NCBI GenBank assembly: GCA_036172245.1
Contig: JAYWIR010000089.1
Coordinates: forward strand, 186,001 to 250,000
Source of the DNA: Raillietiella orientalis
Lineage: Eukaryota
Reading direction: 5' to 3'
Length of the DNA stretch: 64,000 nt
In this document: one piece after another, positions 1 through 14,242 of the stretch
How positions within the stretch are numbered: position 1 is the stretch's first letter
Layout: each line of letters starts with the position of its first letter
The notes under the pieces: model-generated
Databases searched by the model: none
What the model was told of the DNA's origin: nothing
What the model saw: the letters and a program-made list of their open reading frames with translations, nothing else
Program-made: the position numbers and the translations under genes

Positions 1-600
1 CTTCTGCGAATTGTGGACGGCACGGAAAAGCTGAAAACCACCCGCAGCGATCTTGGACTGCGGTGTCCTACAAGGACTGTGGCGGAAGGTGAATGCAACG
101 CTCTTTCACCAAAGGAACACCGCAAGGATATTAATGCTCTTCTTTTTCGCGTCAGGCGGCGTATCGTTAGGTGCAGTGATCGCAACGATCTCTTGCATGC
201 TCACCATCCTCACCTGCTGCTGTCGGATGGAATCGTAGGCAGTTTAGCAAAAGGCCAACAGCTCAGACGACGAGAACATGACGATATCTGCCAGGTGGCT
301 TCTTCTTCGAGAGGACGTTTGCATGCAGATATCCGACTTCCAACGTCCGTTTAGAACAAAGAAATGTCCTATGGCAAGGTTCCCTGTTCGCAACACCCCA
401 ATTCTTTTATTTCTATTTTTCATATACTCATTTGCTATCCCTTCCTGCCCGTTTTGCACTTTCAGTTTTTTCGATCTTCATATTAAGTCTCCCTTCTTTC
501 GTTCTTTGGTACCCTCCGCAGGGAGCTCCTTTTGTGGGATAGTTTTCGAATATACGCTTCTGCACACCCGGCTGGAAAACAGCCGGAACCTCATTCACTG
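1..600 (+). pseudogene. Highly degenerate 3' end of a B-subfamily LINE (ORF2 C-terminus and 3' UTR)
   Basis: 53..238 translation GGVSLGAVIATISC resembles B-family GGLSLGAVVAIICC; followed by a pyrimidine-rich UTR-like tract. Confidence 0.65.
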
Positions 601-3600
601 CTCTGCAATCAACATGAGGAACGCATTCCGATGGCGCCGTTAAGGGACCTTTTGATCAGCACTTGTGCGCATTCAGAATCGCATGCAGAAAACTAATCGA
701 GGCGAACGGTGGTCGCTTTCCTTCCGTCCATTCCGACAAAAACGTCTCCCTCCCTTCTTGTCTTTCTTTAATTTCTTCTTGGTAGGGAAGAGGATTTACC
801 CTTCCTCATCGCCAAGAGCAGGGATTTCACCGATCTGCGGGCCGGCAGTGGAAAATGCTTCCAAACAGCCGCAACCACGTGTTGCGCCTGAACATACTTG
901 GAAGGGTATGTTATAAAATTTGTATCCTGAAGATTTGAATGATAAATGACGCTGCGCATCCGCGTTTCATACTTCGAAGCGCAAATTTTTAATTTCCAGA
1001 TTCATCGGACAGGAAAATCAATTAGGTGATGTTGGTTTGCGGCAATCTTCTTCTGCAGCAGAGTTTTTTGAGTAATGGTAATCGTTGTCATGAAGCTCTT
1101 TTCAAGCAGCAACGGAGGAATCTGCGCTAATTTTGCGTTTCTGCACCGCTACTAACATGTGGAAACCAAGGGAATGTTTCCCAGGACTACGTGCCGGTGT
1201 TCATTTATATACTTCCGATAAGCGCGGTCTGCAGAATACTTGGTGAAGCAACACTTGGAAGCTGCGTGGGTTGCGATCGTGGAGCACGTCAACCTTTTCT
1301 TAGAATTGGACTTTATACGCCACAATAGCACGATGTTCTGAAATCTTGGCACCCCTGGCTTCTTCGATTATGCCATTCCTGAATTAGAAGTACGCAATAA
1401 TGACTTTCCAGATGATCTCAATTGATGAGCTGTATGGATCCCAAGTCCTCAATCACTCTTACATTGGTTCTCGTTGTCTTCCCCTCAGTCGTTTATCTTA
1501 CTTGGTTTTCCCATAAACAGTAACTAATGTAGAAGTTTGGAAATAAGGAGGCATTGCGGATGTGGGCGCAACATTAGGACTTACTCGAAACTTTCCTTTC
1601 CGCATTCATGTTCTTCCTTTTTTGCCTGATTTCCAAATGCTGTTTCGCTTATATCTGATTGAGATTTCAGAATATCTCTCTCTCATTTGTAAAGTCGGAA
1701 GAGCTCACGCTGCTTGCCAGGCAGGAACGTAACTCCAAAAGTGCAAGGCGTACGATGTTACAAGCGCCAAATTAAACAGATGCCGAGTTCTCGCGAATGT
1801 GGTTAACTCCCGTTTCTTCGTAACAGATGGAAAGAGAATGTTTTCGGGGAGTTCTCTGAGAATAAATCTTCCACACTAAGCAACTACACAATCAAAAATG
1901 TGGTTGGCATCTGCCGAAATCACGCATGTTTTGATTTTGGAATCTCCAATGGAAGTAAATCAACCATTTCGAGATGCATGCATCTGTGGTTAGTTGCTTG
2001 CATTGCATGTGGAAATTGCTAAGCCAACGAATCTGCATGACATCTGTTGTGAGGACATTCTGTTTTCGTGTTTGGGGAGAAGTTTTCTTGTGCATTCGAG
2101 ACCCCAGACAATGCTAGGAAAGAATGGGAAGGAAGATTTGCGTGATGAAACTTCTTTGGATGAGTCCAGCGATAATTTCCACTCTCCTTTCTGCTAGTTT
2201 GATTGTAAGTCAACGCCCAAAGAGTGCTCATCGGATTCGGCGGATTGGTGCACCAACCGGCAACTTCGAGTGGACAGTCTGAATACTCGCTGTCAAAGAA
2301 AGGCGAAGAATCGACAACATCTCGAGTTTCGGAATATTCTGCCGGAGAGCAGCTGATTACACTAGGTTGCCATCGGAATTGACATGAACGAATGTACACT
2401 CTGAAAAACGGGAGGTGCTGCGTGTGGAGTGAAAAGCCACACGGTTTTCGAAACGCTGTCCATTGAGACCATTCTAGTTCTACTTACTCGTGTGGGTTTA
2501 GCTTCCAGACCAATTGGGATCCTCAGTTTCAGGTGTCATCCTTACTTGATTTCCAATATCTCCTATTGTCTTTAATAGGATCGTCGATATGAAAACTATC
2601 AAGTAACATATGTTATGAAAACATTCTGTCCTACTTTGTCTTGCAAGTTCTGTTCTCAAGATACCTTTTGGGCACGCATGAACCAAGAAGATCGACGGGA
2701 TCATTGTGCATTTTCCAATCATGAACTGAGTGACCTGCACCTTGCAGGACATTGTGGGATCATTTTTGTGTTGCACTTAACGATTTGAATGGCTCCTAAC
2801 AATCGTATCTTCCTTCTTGAAGAGCGACATCACTTCGAGCAACTTCCCGTTACTACTGGTGTCGTCTTGCGACCATTCGGATGTCTGCCAATGACCCTGG
2901 ATGGAGTCATCTGTTGCTTTTTGGTTCCATGTTCTTCTTTGGAGGACGAACCGTGCGGCGAGGAGTGGTAGACTAGCCAGATGCCATCTCTTCCGATGTA
3001 GAGTGAGAGCAGATGGGAATGTGAAAGCAGAAATACAAGAAACTCAGGGAAAGGCACGACGGCGATCGCAAGTACTTTGTTTTTAAATCGCCATAAACCA
3101 GGAATACATGCGGCAGACTTCCTTCTTTGCACCCGCTTTCTGATACGATCACTTTGCAACACATTTTGCGCAGTTTGACACTACATGTCATGACCTCCCT
3201 AAGCAGCGCGGAGGTTTGCAGTAGCAGTAGAGACCCAACGATGGCAAGGATGCAACCCACAGTTGTACTGACTTCACCCATAGGGAGGCCCCAGGGTGCG
3301 AACAGCCTGCTCGACATGTCTCACACAGCGCCATCCTAATGCAAAAGTGCTGTTGTCTCCTCCGAAGAAATTCTAGATGTTTCTTCAATTCAAGAACAAA
3401 TGCGAGGTCCGCATTTCAAAAATGAAACCCCTCCGGTAATTAAATGCCATCTCTCGTTCTTCTGTGATCCCCTGAGGTGGAAAAAGGAGTAATGCATGCT
3501 TACAGGGGAGCAGGAGCAGTGAACTGTCCACACAGCGGGAAGGGGCCAGTAGTTCTCCAGCAGCAACAGACTTTCATTCGCTTCATCATAAAAGTTCTGA

Positions 3601-3618
3601 GAAAAAAAGCACGCGCAG
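1..3618 (+). repeat. Segmental duplication copy 1 (direct repeat of 60383-64000)
   Basis: Co-linear with offset ~60382; identical 113-aa ORFs at 13..354 and 60395..60736; scattered substitutions and small indels further in. Both copies run off the window ends. Confidence 0.97.
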
Positions 3619-6600
3619 TGGAAGCATTCAATAGTTTTGCGTCTTCCAGCCACCAAGTTGTTCCTGATTCACGCCACGGAACAAAACACTTCCTAGGAGT
3701 CTGTACGCTTCTCTTTCCTGTTGTCCCGAAGTCAGGGAGCGCCGCATCCTGACTTGTGGTAGCTGGCAAGGATGTCGAAAGGATGAAGGTCTTTCGGAAT
3801 CGGTCCTCAGAATGCAACACAGCATTGAACTGCATTTTGCTGCGAGGCATTGGGGTTCCTTAAGCAGCAGGAGATCCGAAGAGTGGGTTTCCTGTTGTGT
3901 AGGGAATTGTTTACAGGGGAAGTTGAATTCCGTAGTTTCTTATTGTGTAGTGAGTACACTACAGGAAGAAGAACGGTTCCTGTATAGAGTGTAATAAATA
4001 TCTCTCTTTAACGGGAGCACGTTTGTGAAATTGCTGCTCCACCGCACAAACACTTCTGTAGAGATTGATTTCATCTGTTAAATTGACGCAGAGCAGCCAC
4101 GGGGCATCCTAGTGGCTGGAGCACTTTGCAAAATCAGCATCGGTTTCGGACTACTTGCTCCTTCATAAGCAACCGGATAACCAAAGATTCTTCATCGTAT
4201 ATGAATTGACGACATCCTGTCTTCTCACAATGCACGGGACGCAGTGAACACTGAGGCAAGGATGCACAGGAACACCAGCTCAGTGATGCTGCTGAAGACT
4301 CTCATGGTAAGAATTTTCCTAGTGTGTTTATTTGCAATCGCGGCCGTTCGAATCAGTTGCAACAGAAATGCAAGGATCGTCTCAACTCTCACATATGAGG
4401 CTGAAAGCAAACCCTGAATCCTCCTAAACCGGTGCCCCAAACTGTTTGGGCGAATAGCATTTTAAACCGAAAGCGTGCCTTGACACCGAGCTTGTTTGTG
4501 TGGGAACTCTTTGCTCAAATCAAATGCTCCAGGGCGACTTCTTTCGTTGCGGAGACCGCAAGGTTATTACTCATGAGTGGACTCCAAAGATAACATTTCA
4601 TGCACACTGTAAGTTCTGCCCCGTGTCGTCACGATGGAGAACTCCAAGAGGTTCCTCTCGTCTAGCGCTTATAATATCAGGACCGTTGCCTTTGCGGCGC
4701 GGGAGCAGAGAGGGAATGGGTCGAATGTGATCCACTGCTGAGGTTCCGCTCTCTAAAGCCAAATCTGCGATGGCCTTTCAAGCGGATACATAGGCTGCAA
4801 TAAGTATCACCAGACTGCGAGTCGATTCCGAACGTGTGCGCTCTCATCTCCGTGTTGTGAGGGTGGAACGCGAGCAGAGAGTGCAACCGTTGACACGTCT
4901 GCAAGTAAAGGTTAACCTTCTCAAAAAATTTGGACGTGTGACCGTGTGATCAGAAAAGTGACAAATTTCGGGGTTCCTAACCTTTCTTGCATCGTGCGCT
5001 AGATTGCAAAAGACTAGGTATGCAAGCAATCAAACGTTTCAGGGTCTGCTGCTGATAGGGACTGCGTTGCTCGGAACAACCATGGCTTCTGGAATTGGGC
5101 TACAAGTTCGACCATCCCCTTCTGACTTTAGATTTTCGAATCATACGGGAGGATGCTCAATGTTCTTTGGAGCTGCAAGAGAAGGAAGATTTGGTCCGAA
5201 TTGCATCCAAATATGGGGAGCAGAAAGATCACGTTCTGTCACAGGAAGCTGCACTGTGGATGTGACGGTAGAGTCATACTGTACCTTCTGATCCCTCACA
5301 TGATTTTCCTTCAGACTGTGAACGGCGTCCCTCGTAAGACGGAGGTTGTAGTTTTTGGACAAGAAGGCAGCTGTTTGTGCCGAACTGAAGGACGTCACGA
5401 GTAAGACTCTCTTATTTTAGAATGGAAGAAGCAGGGGTGCTTCGTGCGTGATGGTCGTCTGTGCCCGCTATTTGAGGGTGGGGAGGACATGCGTTCGTGT
5501 AGGTCATGCGCCGCTGTTTTATGACGATTGCAAGAAGCAATTCGGCCAGCAAGCTGCGATCTCTTTTGTCTGCGGTAATCAGCACGGCAGGACAGAAATG
5601 CTGTTGCCAACATTCCCTGGTTCTCACGAAGGGGCCAAAAGCATTGCAAAGGCGAAACCTTTTACTTGTAGGTAATTTGCAGAACAGTGGCACGTCATTA
5701 AAAGAATTTTTGGGACAGTGCATTTGCAGAATTTGAAGGAAGTTACTCCCATATGAGGCATTCGAATAGCACAGACAACAGATTGAGGATCGGATCAGAG
5801 ATGAGGTAGCTTACATAAAGATTGCTTCTAGACATCAGCGTTACCGACATAAAAGGCTTTGTAGAGAACGAAGAATGCTTAATTACTGATCAACACTCAA
5901 TCAGTGTTCGCTTAGCCGAATTTTGATGAGTGTGGTTGTAATTTTTCTAAAATTCATCTTTCTTAACTTTTCACTTATCCATGTTTGTACATGTACAATA
6001 TTAAAATATTTATAAAGGCTGAGGAGAGCTCATACATTTGGGAACCCCTTCGATTGAATTCAATACCTCTGCTGAAAATTTAAAAACAAATGTTTAACAA
6101 ATCGTTCAGAGACACAAAAGTTTTGCTTACGTCAGAACCGACGTACGACGGAGACGTTGAAACGAAACCCCGTGGTATGTCGAAGGCAAACTCTGCATGT
6201 ATTAACAAATGCAATACAAAAATCGACAGCACGACTGTGAATACTATGCAAACGTTGGATATTGCAGACGCATTGCATGTTGCTCATCTTTTTTCGAGGA
6301 GCTTACAACATCAAAAAAAATTCCGTAAAACCACGCCTTTCCGTATGGACTGCTGTTTTGATGGACACCTCTCTTGCTGGGTAGTATTCGAGTTCTTCTT
6401 TCGAACAGTCGCAGGGGACCCAAAATAGCAGTGGAAGATCCTCTTGCATCTCCATGATATAAAATACAGCATATACTGTGTCAGTATTCGTTCTTGTTTC
6501 AAAGCAGATGGATGGATCAGGTTACGCCGGGAAGTTTGTTTAAGTCATGAAGTTTCATGTTTTTGTTTTGAATTTCGATCCCGCTACGTAACTTGCAACT

Positions 6601-7039
6601 GTTTGCAGGAACCTTAAGCAAGCTAGCAATAGTCATGCAAACTTCTCAGAAGGAAGTTCTTCTTTAACTTCTTCTCACTTTCCATTTTCTTTGTTCTTTC
6701 TTGCTTCCAGGGAGAACTCAGCCGCGCTTATGTGACTTCCGTTACTACTTTTTCTTGGTCTTTCCTCTGAACTGTCGGCAACGGGTAAATTCCATGAGTA
6801 TCGAGCCAATTTCAGTATCTCATGCATTTCCTCTTGACGAGTCTTTATTCGTTGAAGTGGATGCAATGCTAAGGCTTCATGCAGGCTTTGATAAAATGGC
6901 CCTACTCACCAAATGGGAAACAGCGTGGTCTCAAGCATACACCCAGCCGATAGCCAAATTGCTTACAGACGAAGCAGGATGAGGGCTGCATACGGTATCG
7001 TGCGACGTTACCCGTAACGAACACTAGATTTCCTGCAGC

Positions 7040-7580
7040 ACCTTGGAGGACGGTGGCGACCGTGAGCTCCAGCCCGCAGTGCTGCTTATCGTCCGCTCGC
7101 CGGTGAAAGCCGGCAAAACTCGCCGACTTCCCAGCATTAATGCTGGGAATCGCTTCTTCTCGTCGCCTGTCCGTCGCGTGTTGGAACGTGAACGGACTGC
7201 AGAACAATGAGAAGAAACGATTAGTAGCCAACGCTCGGCGATCCATTGACCTCGCGCTCCTACAGGAGATTTACGTAGTCTCCGACGAGCAGGCAGCCGA
7301 TATCGAGGAACGCACAGGAGAACGCTACCTTGGCGGTGCGGCGACGCACAGATGTGCGGCGCCGCGTTCCTCGCAAGAGGAAAAATGGCGAAAGCGATGT
7401 ATGTTGTTAATTTCGACGACAACGGACGCGTGAGGCAACTTGTTGTCAAGTGATCCGAGTCTATCGATCTCGTCGTCACGAACATCTACGTACCCAGTGG
7501 GTCTCGCTACCTCGAAGATACGGGGATTACGATTTACGTTACTGAAATTACGATTGTCTCGAAGAAGCGTCTTCAGAGGG
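7040..7580 (+). pseudogene. LINE fragment: ORF1 end plus ORF2 APE endonuclease N-terminus
   Basis: 7140..7433 VACWNVNGL...DLALLQEI; later frameshifted IDLVVTNIY; TAATG stop/start at 7138-7142. Confidence 0.85.
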
Positions 7581-7669
7581 GCATAGTGCAACACAATCCA
7601 TTAGCCGGTGGGAATGGGACTCACGCTTGTCACACCGTAAACAATTTTGGTCGGACGCTCTCAGTGTTC

Positions 7670-8890
7670 AGTGATGTCGGCGGGCGTTGCACGGAAGACC
7701 CCTGTGCAGCACCCTGAGATTCGACTCCTGCCATTTTAACGAGAAGGTATGGTTGCCCATGAGCATTGCAGGCAACATCAGTAGTTGCAACGTAGCATTT
7801 AGCAGCTCACCCCAGCGCAAAAGTCCAAAGGGGGTGATGATACGGGCCCAGTGCAGTCTCCAGTGCAGAAATAGTAACGCCGTCTCCTGCCACTTCAACA
7901 AAAGGGTGCTGCTAAACGAACACAACGGGGGCCACTTCACCTCCTCAGGAGGTATTGCCAGCAGCTCTCCCCAGTGCACAAGTCCGTGAGACGGGACGTT
8001 TGGGGTAGCAGCGTCCGCTAGCTCCCGAGGCATCCACGCCTTTGAAGTCTCCTGCCTCGGATGAGGTAGGACACTTCCCACGATGCTTCCTCGTTGCTAC
8101 TTCTAATGTTTTTCAGGGAGCACAAAACGGAAGAAAAGGGGGTAAAAGAGGCCCACAGAAACTTCCGGAGCGTGTTGACCATCTCCTGCAGCGGCTTTCG
8201 AACGTACGGAACTTGACGTAGGCAGTTCTATTCGCCTTGCTCGTGCCGTTGATCTTAGCCCACGCGGAGACTGACACCTTTAGTCAGGCATTGCAGTCCG
8301 CGGGAAAGCAGGAGATCCAAGTATTCTCCCTCATCAGGGCGACCATCTGGAGCAGATGGAAGCCGCAGTTGTTGTTGAGGCTGAGCTGGTATGCCACAAG
8401 GATCGAGGAAGATCCTATGCAGCCAGTCGCTCTTCTGGCAAGGAGCCGAGCGAATTTGCACTATGGAGTCATCCATAAGCTAGCCGCAAGGGCTAGCTTA
8501 GCTTGATTTGTTTTTGCTAGCGCTATATCGTCAGAAGGCCCAACCCACCATCCCTGCCTGAGGCGCAGAAGTCTTTCAAGCGGACTGCTGACATCGCTGT
8601 GCCCCAAAGGGCAGTCCTTAAGAGGGCTTTAGTCCGTCTCTGTATGATTGGAGGGACGGGCCAAGAAAAAGTAAGGGGCGAAGGAGGGAGGCCGCGAAAG
8701 CGTTCCACACCGCGGACCGTTAAGACAAGTCAAACTTGCCTTCTAGGGACGAGCCGATCGCCGACCTCACCTTTTGAGAGGTCGCACCAGGTTTCTGACA
8801 GGCAGAAGTCCTACAGCGGAACGCTGAGGAACTTCAGGTACCTATCCGCAGGGATGCCCGGGAGGATGCAATCAGGTGATCCTGTTCACG
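7670..8890 (-). pseudogene. Patchwork of decayed LINE ORF2 3'-half fragments (mostly A-like)
   Basis: ELADAATPNVPSHGLVHWGELLAIPPEEVKWPP and PPIIQRRTKALLRTALWG match the intact ORF2 at 17151-20696; internal deletions and stops. Confidence 0.85.
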
Positions 8891-8894
8891 TCAC

Positions 8895-10712
8895 TTCCCG
8901 TGCCGGATCACCAGTTCGCAGACCGGTACGGTCCACCAGGGCGGTAAGGGGAAGAAGGAAATACAAAAAACAAAAAAAAAGAAAAGAAAAAGTTAGAGGG
9001 TACGGGAAGGGATCGCTGTATTTGGTGGGATCGTTGCATCCTTTGCAGGATGTCGGCAAGTTCTTTTAGTATGCTTAGATCCAGGTGGTGCCATCGCAAC
9101 GCACTCCTCAGGAACTGGAAGACTGGCTGGAACGCACTCTGGTCGTGTAGTCCTTCCACAGCCATGCTCCAGGTGGCGAAGATCCCGTGTAGGCAGCACA
9201 GGGCTGCTAACGAGGCCGCTGGCCGGAGGGCGTCGGAAACGATGAGGGCTTTCAGAGCGGCCCTGGGGTTTCCGCAGGAAATTCCGATGGCCGCGGAAAA
9301 GACGAACCAAAGAGGCCGAAAAGCAACACAATACACAAGCAGGTGGGGCAGGGACTTCCGTTCCCCACACCCAACACAATTGAGATCCACCGCTCCCCAG
9401 GTCCAGTGGTGTCCGCGGGAGTTGCAGGAGAGTCCCCAGTGGTGCAACAGGAGAGCCTACTCCTACCACTTTAAGGGGAGGGTGGAGGCTTTCATTAGTA
9501 CCGGGCGCCACTTCAGACTTTCAAGGGAAACGTCGAGCAGCGCGCCCCAGCGCAGAATTCCATGGGGAGGCGTACTCAGTGTGGCAGGGTCAGTCAGCTG
9601 ACCCGTCCTCCACTCTCCTACCTTCTTCTCCTTCCCAAAGATTGTCACTGTAACCTCCCACTTCGCCGCAACATCGCTGTTTTGATCTTCCATTAAGGAG
9701 TTTAGTGCAGCAGCGAGGGAAGTTCTTCCTGACCTCGCACTCTTCTATGGATCCACCAGGATCTCACAAAGCGTGCAACTTCTGTAATCCCCAAACAGGA
9801 AACCTCGTTCCTGTTGAGAGCGCTGCAACCCGAACTGTCCCCACGTTCTAACGATTTCCTGCAACCAGGCACTACCGTTAGAAGGGCAACAGGTGACCAA
9901 TCCTTGATTTTTCCGTGTCAGCGCAGCCACTCTTCGTAGCTGGATTCCACATCGGTTGAAGCGGCGGCGGAGTGCAAGAAACGACGTGAGTCCCGTGTTG
10001 CCAGTGGCTTGCTGGAGAAGGAGACGTGCAGGGACGCATTAACAGGTGCACCACAACTCTGCAACAAGTGCCAACATTCGGAACTGGAGCTGAAGCTCCA
10101 GCCTCTCCAGCGTCAGGAGGCCCAGACCACCATCCCGACGAGGAGCGCACAAGTCCTTTAAGCGGACTCGGGCCCTCCCGTTGCCCCAAAGGGCGATACG
10201 GAGGAGGTCCTTTGTCCGCTTTTTAATCCTCTCTGTGGGGGGCAAACAAAAAGCAGGGGGCGGAGGAGAGGAGCCGCGAACGTGTTCCAAACCGCGGCCC
10301 GTTCAGGCAGGAAAAACCTGCCGCCTCGGAACGGGCCGATTGCCGTCTCTACTTTTTGAAGGCAGCCGGACCACGCTTCCGCAGGGGAGTAGTCCCCCAA
10401 CGGCACACCAAGGTACTTGAAGTACCTCACCGTGGGGATCCCCAAACGGACCCAGTCCTGCTGCCCTGCCCACGCCGCACCAACTAACATCACGGACGAC
10501 TTCGCCCTGTTCACCGTAAGTCCGGTTCCCCGATGCAGCAGGTCGAAGAACTCCTCGACCGCCGCAGCCGGGGTGGACATAGGAAGCAGCAGCAGAAGGT
10601 CGTCCGCGTATGCCGAAACCGCAGGCGTGCCGGGACAATCACGCAGCAGGTGCGCCAGAGTCTCCCTGTACGCTCTCAGCACCAATTCGAAAAAAGCGCT
10701 AAAGAGCAGGGG
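8895..10712 (-). mobile_element. Element M: 3' half of LINE (RT, zinc finger, part of 3' UTR), decayed
   Basis: 10158..10685 VSAYADDLLLL...FKYLGVPL; 8908..9447 CVGCGERKSLPHLLVYC; T-rich UTR at ~8960-9000. Confidence 0.9.
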
Positions 10713-10804
10713 TGCAGACGCTTCAGGACTGGGACCGCTTCAAGTGCTCGGTCCGGGAGTTTTGCGACGAGTTTCCTATGATCCTCGTGCCTGCTGTGTT
10801 TGGT
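10713..10804 (+). pseudogene. Fragment K: short ORF2 linker remnant (host of element J)
   Basis: QTLQDWDRFKCSVREFCDEFP matches QSLADWDDLKSSVREFCDQFP of intact ORF2. Confidence 0.8.
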
Positions 10805-12845
10805 GTTGCCACCCGGGTACGCTTGCGGCGTTTATTGAAAACTCTACAAAAACGTGGTATGAGGTCACACCAACGGCCGCACAACATTGGACCTGCCAGG
10901 ACGCCCGTTCGCACCCCGGCGTGACGCTCCTCGGCAGTGGAGGGGAGTTTGGGAGAAGATAAAAATAAAATAAAGAAAAACAAAAGAAGTATGGAGGGAG
11001 GTAAAGGGATCACTATCCACTAGGAGGTGCGCCCATGCTTTGCAGGATAACGCCTAGCTCCTGCGTTTTTCCCAGGTGGGACCATATCGCATCTCTTCAA
11101 ATTAAGCTCACAGCATACGGGATGAGTTCCCTCTCGTTAGCATCCACTACTTCGAGACGAATGTCGCTCTAGGCCGCCATGATGCCCCGGAAGCAGCAGA
11201 GGGCTGCGAGGGCTGCAGCGGTTTGCAGGGTGTCCCGCACGAAGAGGGACCGAAGAACATCTCTAGGCGCGCTGCCCATTGGGAGTTCGAGGATGGTCCC
11301 GAACCGTTCCCCCAGGGTTCGGAGGGCAGCACAGTCAACTAAGAGGTGGGAGAGCGATTTTCGCTACCCACACCTGGCACACTCAGGCCCTACACTTTTT
11401 CGTGTCCAGTGGAAGCGGCACGCGTTGCAGGGTAGACTACAGTGCAACAGCAGCAGTGCCGTCTACTGACACTTAACGGGAAGAAGCCTGGATCCGATAA
11501 GAACTGGAAGCCACTTCAGGTCATCCGTCGGGATGCCGTGCAGCTCGCCTTATCTTGGAAGTCCACCCGGGAGGGCACTAGGGGTCATGGCGACTGCCAG
11601 TTCTCCCATGGTCCACGCTCTCATCTTTTTTTCCCTTCCTGCGATTCTGTAGGAGACTTGCCACTTTGGCGTCCTGCCGCTTTTTAGGGCCCTTTGTAGG
11701 AAGGGCCCTAAAAAGCTAAAGGGGTGGTCTGCACCCACGTGCTCCTGACGGGACACTCCAGAGTGCTCCGTAGGGTGCAGCAGGCGTTAAGGCCGAATCA
11801 CAGGCGGTTCCAATTTTCATTTCCTGGGTTGTTCAGCTTGGCCCACGTCGCAACAGATTCCTCCAGCCAAGCGGAGGAGTTGGCGGGGCTGCATACCGTT
11901 CAGCCGTTTTCCCCCATCAGGGCTCCCATACGTCCAAGGAGAAGGTCGCATCTCCTGACCTTTCGGCCGGGGCACAGAAGGAGAGACGCGAGTCCTTGCG
12001 TCCTGGATACACAGCTGGCGAGGGTGCGCCATCTCAGCTGTATGTCCAGAAGTTCCAACGTGAGGAGGTCAAGACCGCCGTCCCGACGCGGAGCGCATAT
12101 GTCTTAAGAGACGCACGAGGCCTCCCGTTGCCCCAGAGGGCGATGCAGAGAATGTCTTTTGCCCAATTCAAGTCACGGGGGACGAAGCACACAACGAGCA
12201 GGGGGCGGAGGATGGAAGCAGAGAACGCGTTCCACACCACGGCCCGTAACGACAGAGGGAACTTGCCTTATAGCGACGGGCTTACTGCCAACTCCAAATT
12301 ATGGAGACGACCTGACCAGGTTTCTAAGAGGCAGAAGTCCTACAACGTGACACCCAGGTACTTCAGGTACCAGGCCGCGGGGATCCCCAAGCGGATCCAG
12401 TCAGGCCGTCCGACCCACGTCGCACCAACCGGTAAGACCGACGACTTCGCCTTGCTTACCTGCAATCCAGTACCACGGCTTAGCAGGTCGAATAAATCAT
12501 CGACTGTGGCTGCCCCTGCGGACATGGGCAAAATAAGAAAAAGATCGTCGGCGTACGCAACTACTGCGGTCGTGCTGGGGCACGAGCTGGGAAAGGCAGC
12601 CAAAGTCACCCTGTACGCTCTCAGCACCAACTCAAAATAGGTGTTGAAGAGCAGAAGACTGAGGCTATCGTCCTGCTGTATGCCTCGCCGCACCGGCACG
12701 CCGTACACCTGTTAACAAGAAAACCTGTGAGCAATGACGTTGCGCCAGCAGGAGCGCAGGTACAAGAGAACGGAGGGTAAGAAGCCCATTGGACCCAGGA
12801 GCACCAACAGAAGCTCTTGGTCCACGCAGTCGACCGCCTTGCGTG
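10805..12845 (-). mobile_element. Element J: 5'-truncated decayed LINE with complete 3' terminus
   Basis: 12340..12708 VVAYADDL...YLKYLGV; 3' UTR; terminal AATAAA...CCCGGGTGGCAAC on minus strand at 10805-10836. Confidence 0.9.
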
Positions 12846-14037
12846 CTCAGTGGGGAAGTGTTTTCTCGGTGCTCCTCGTGCCAGGAAGTCTCCCCCAGTG
12901 CAAGAGTCGTGTGGTTCGGTGGTCGATCAGGGAGCGATGCCTGACGCGACCACCAGGGATGGACAGGGGGCAGCGGCAACGCCTCTCTCAGAGGCGATGG
13001 AGAGCCAGGGGGCGGCGGCAACTTCGCCCCTGGAGGCGATAAAATAGGGGGCGTGCGCCCCCACAGATTCGGTCCCCGCTGCAGCGCGGGCGTGAAGCGC
13101 CATTGTGTCGGCGCCATCGCCTGCAGCCGCGGCGGAATTGTCGGCCTATGTAGAGGAGGGATACAAACCCTCATTGTTCTACAAGGTAGGCAATTTATAT
13201 TCTTTACAGAGCGCGCGCGCCTTCTCGAAGGGTATGCGCGCTCTCGATGTGAAAGAGGAGGAGCTCAGCGCTATGACCATCCGCAGCGGGGGTCAGTACG
13301 GTGAGGTCATCTGCAAACAAGCAGAGCTGGACCAACGACTGCTTAAAACCCCCGTGGTAATGATGACGCGTAGGCTCCTCCCTATTACGGCGGACCGAAG
13401 CATGGTGGTCCACCTGTTAGGTGTTACCGCGCGGATGCGCAAGGAAGAGGTTCGCGCCGCGTTGGAGGAATACGGAACGGTCCACGCGCAGTGGATGAAA
13501 GTTAGTCCTTTCGAGGACTACACGGGGCTGAAACGGCCTCACTGCTGCGCGCGTGACCCTTTCGGAGGACTCCAATCTTCCCCACAAACTGGTGGTAGAA
13601 GGCGACACCGTTGACCTCTGGTATGTGGGGAAGCCGAAATACTGTGGCTTCTGCAATACGTCGGGCCACCTCAAAAAGAGGTGTCCCAATGTGCAGTGCC
13701 AAGTATGCAGAACCATGGGACACACGAGGGAGGTGTGCCCTAAAGCAACAGTGCGGGTAGTTACCAAGAGAAACCTTAAAAAACGTGCCCGGCATCTGCA
13801 GAAAAGGCTGGCGGCGAAAGCTGCCGCGAAGGCTGTGTTACCCGCGCCCAAGGCCCAGGCTGCACCCGAGACCCCGGCGAACAACGTCGAACAAGTCGAG
13901 GGAACAAGCCAGGAGCCTGGGTGGCAGGTGGATACGATCAAAAAATCAAAGCAGGAGAGGAAGATGGAGAAAAAGCTCGCGTACCGCCAGAAAACACAGC
14001 AGGCAAGCGAGCAAATTAAAAAATGCAGCGTTGTCGT
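12846..14037 (+). mobile_element. Element C, 5' part: 5' UTR plus frameshifted gag-like ORF1
   Basis: 13105..13614 and 13553..14071 carry CGFCNTSGHLKKRC and CQVCRTMGHTREVC (two CX2CX4HX4C knuckles); interrupted at CSVVV by element B. Confidence 0.9.
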
Positions 14038-14242
14038 TTATTACCCGGTTGCGCCGCGACGTTTGTTATAATATCAACTGAGAACTGTGTTCCCAGGCAA
14101 GGGGAACAGAAAATGGGGAGTAGATTTCCCGGAACGCAGTCCGGGCACACTGAGAGTTCGTAACGGGAGGGGGTGGGACAATAAATAAATAAACTGGGTG
14201 GGAGGGCGGAGACAGGGGTGTACAGTCTAACCGTTCCTATTC

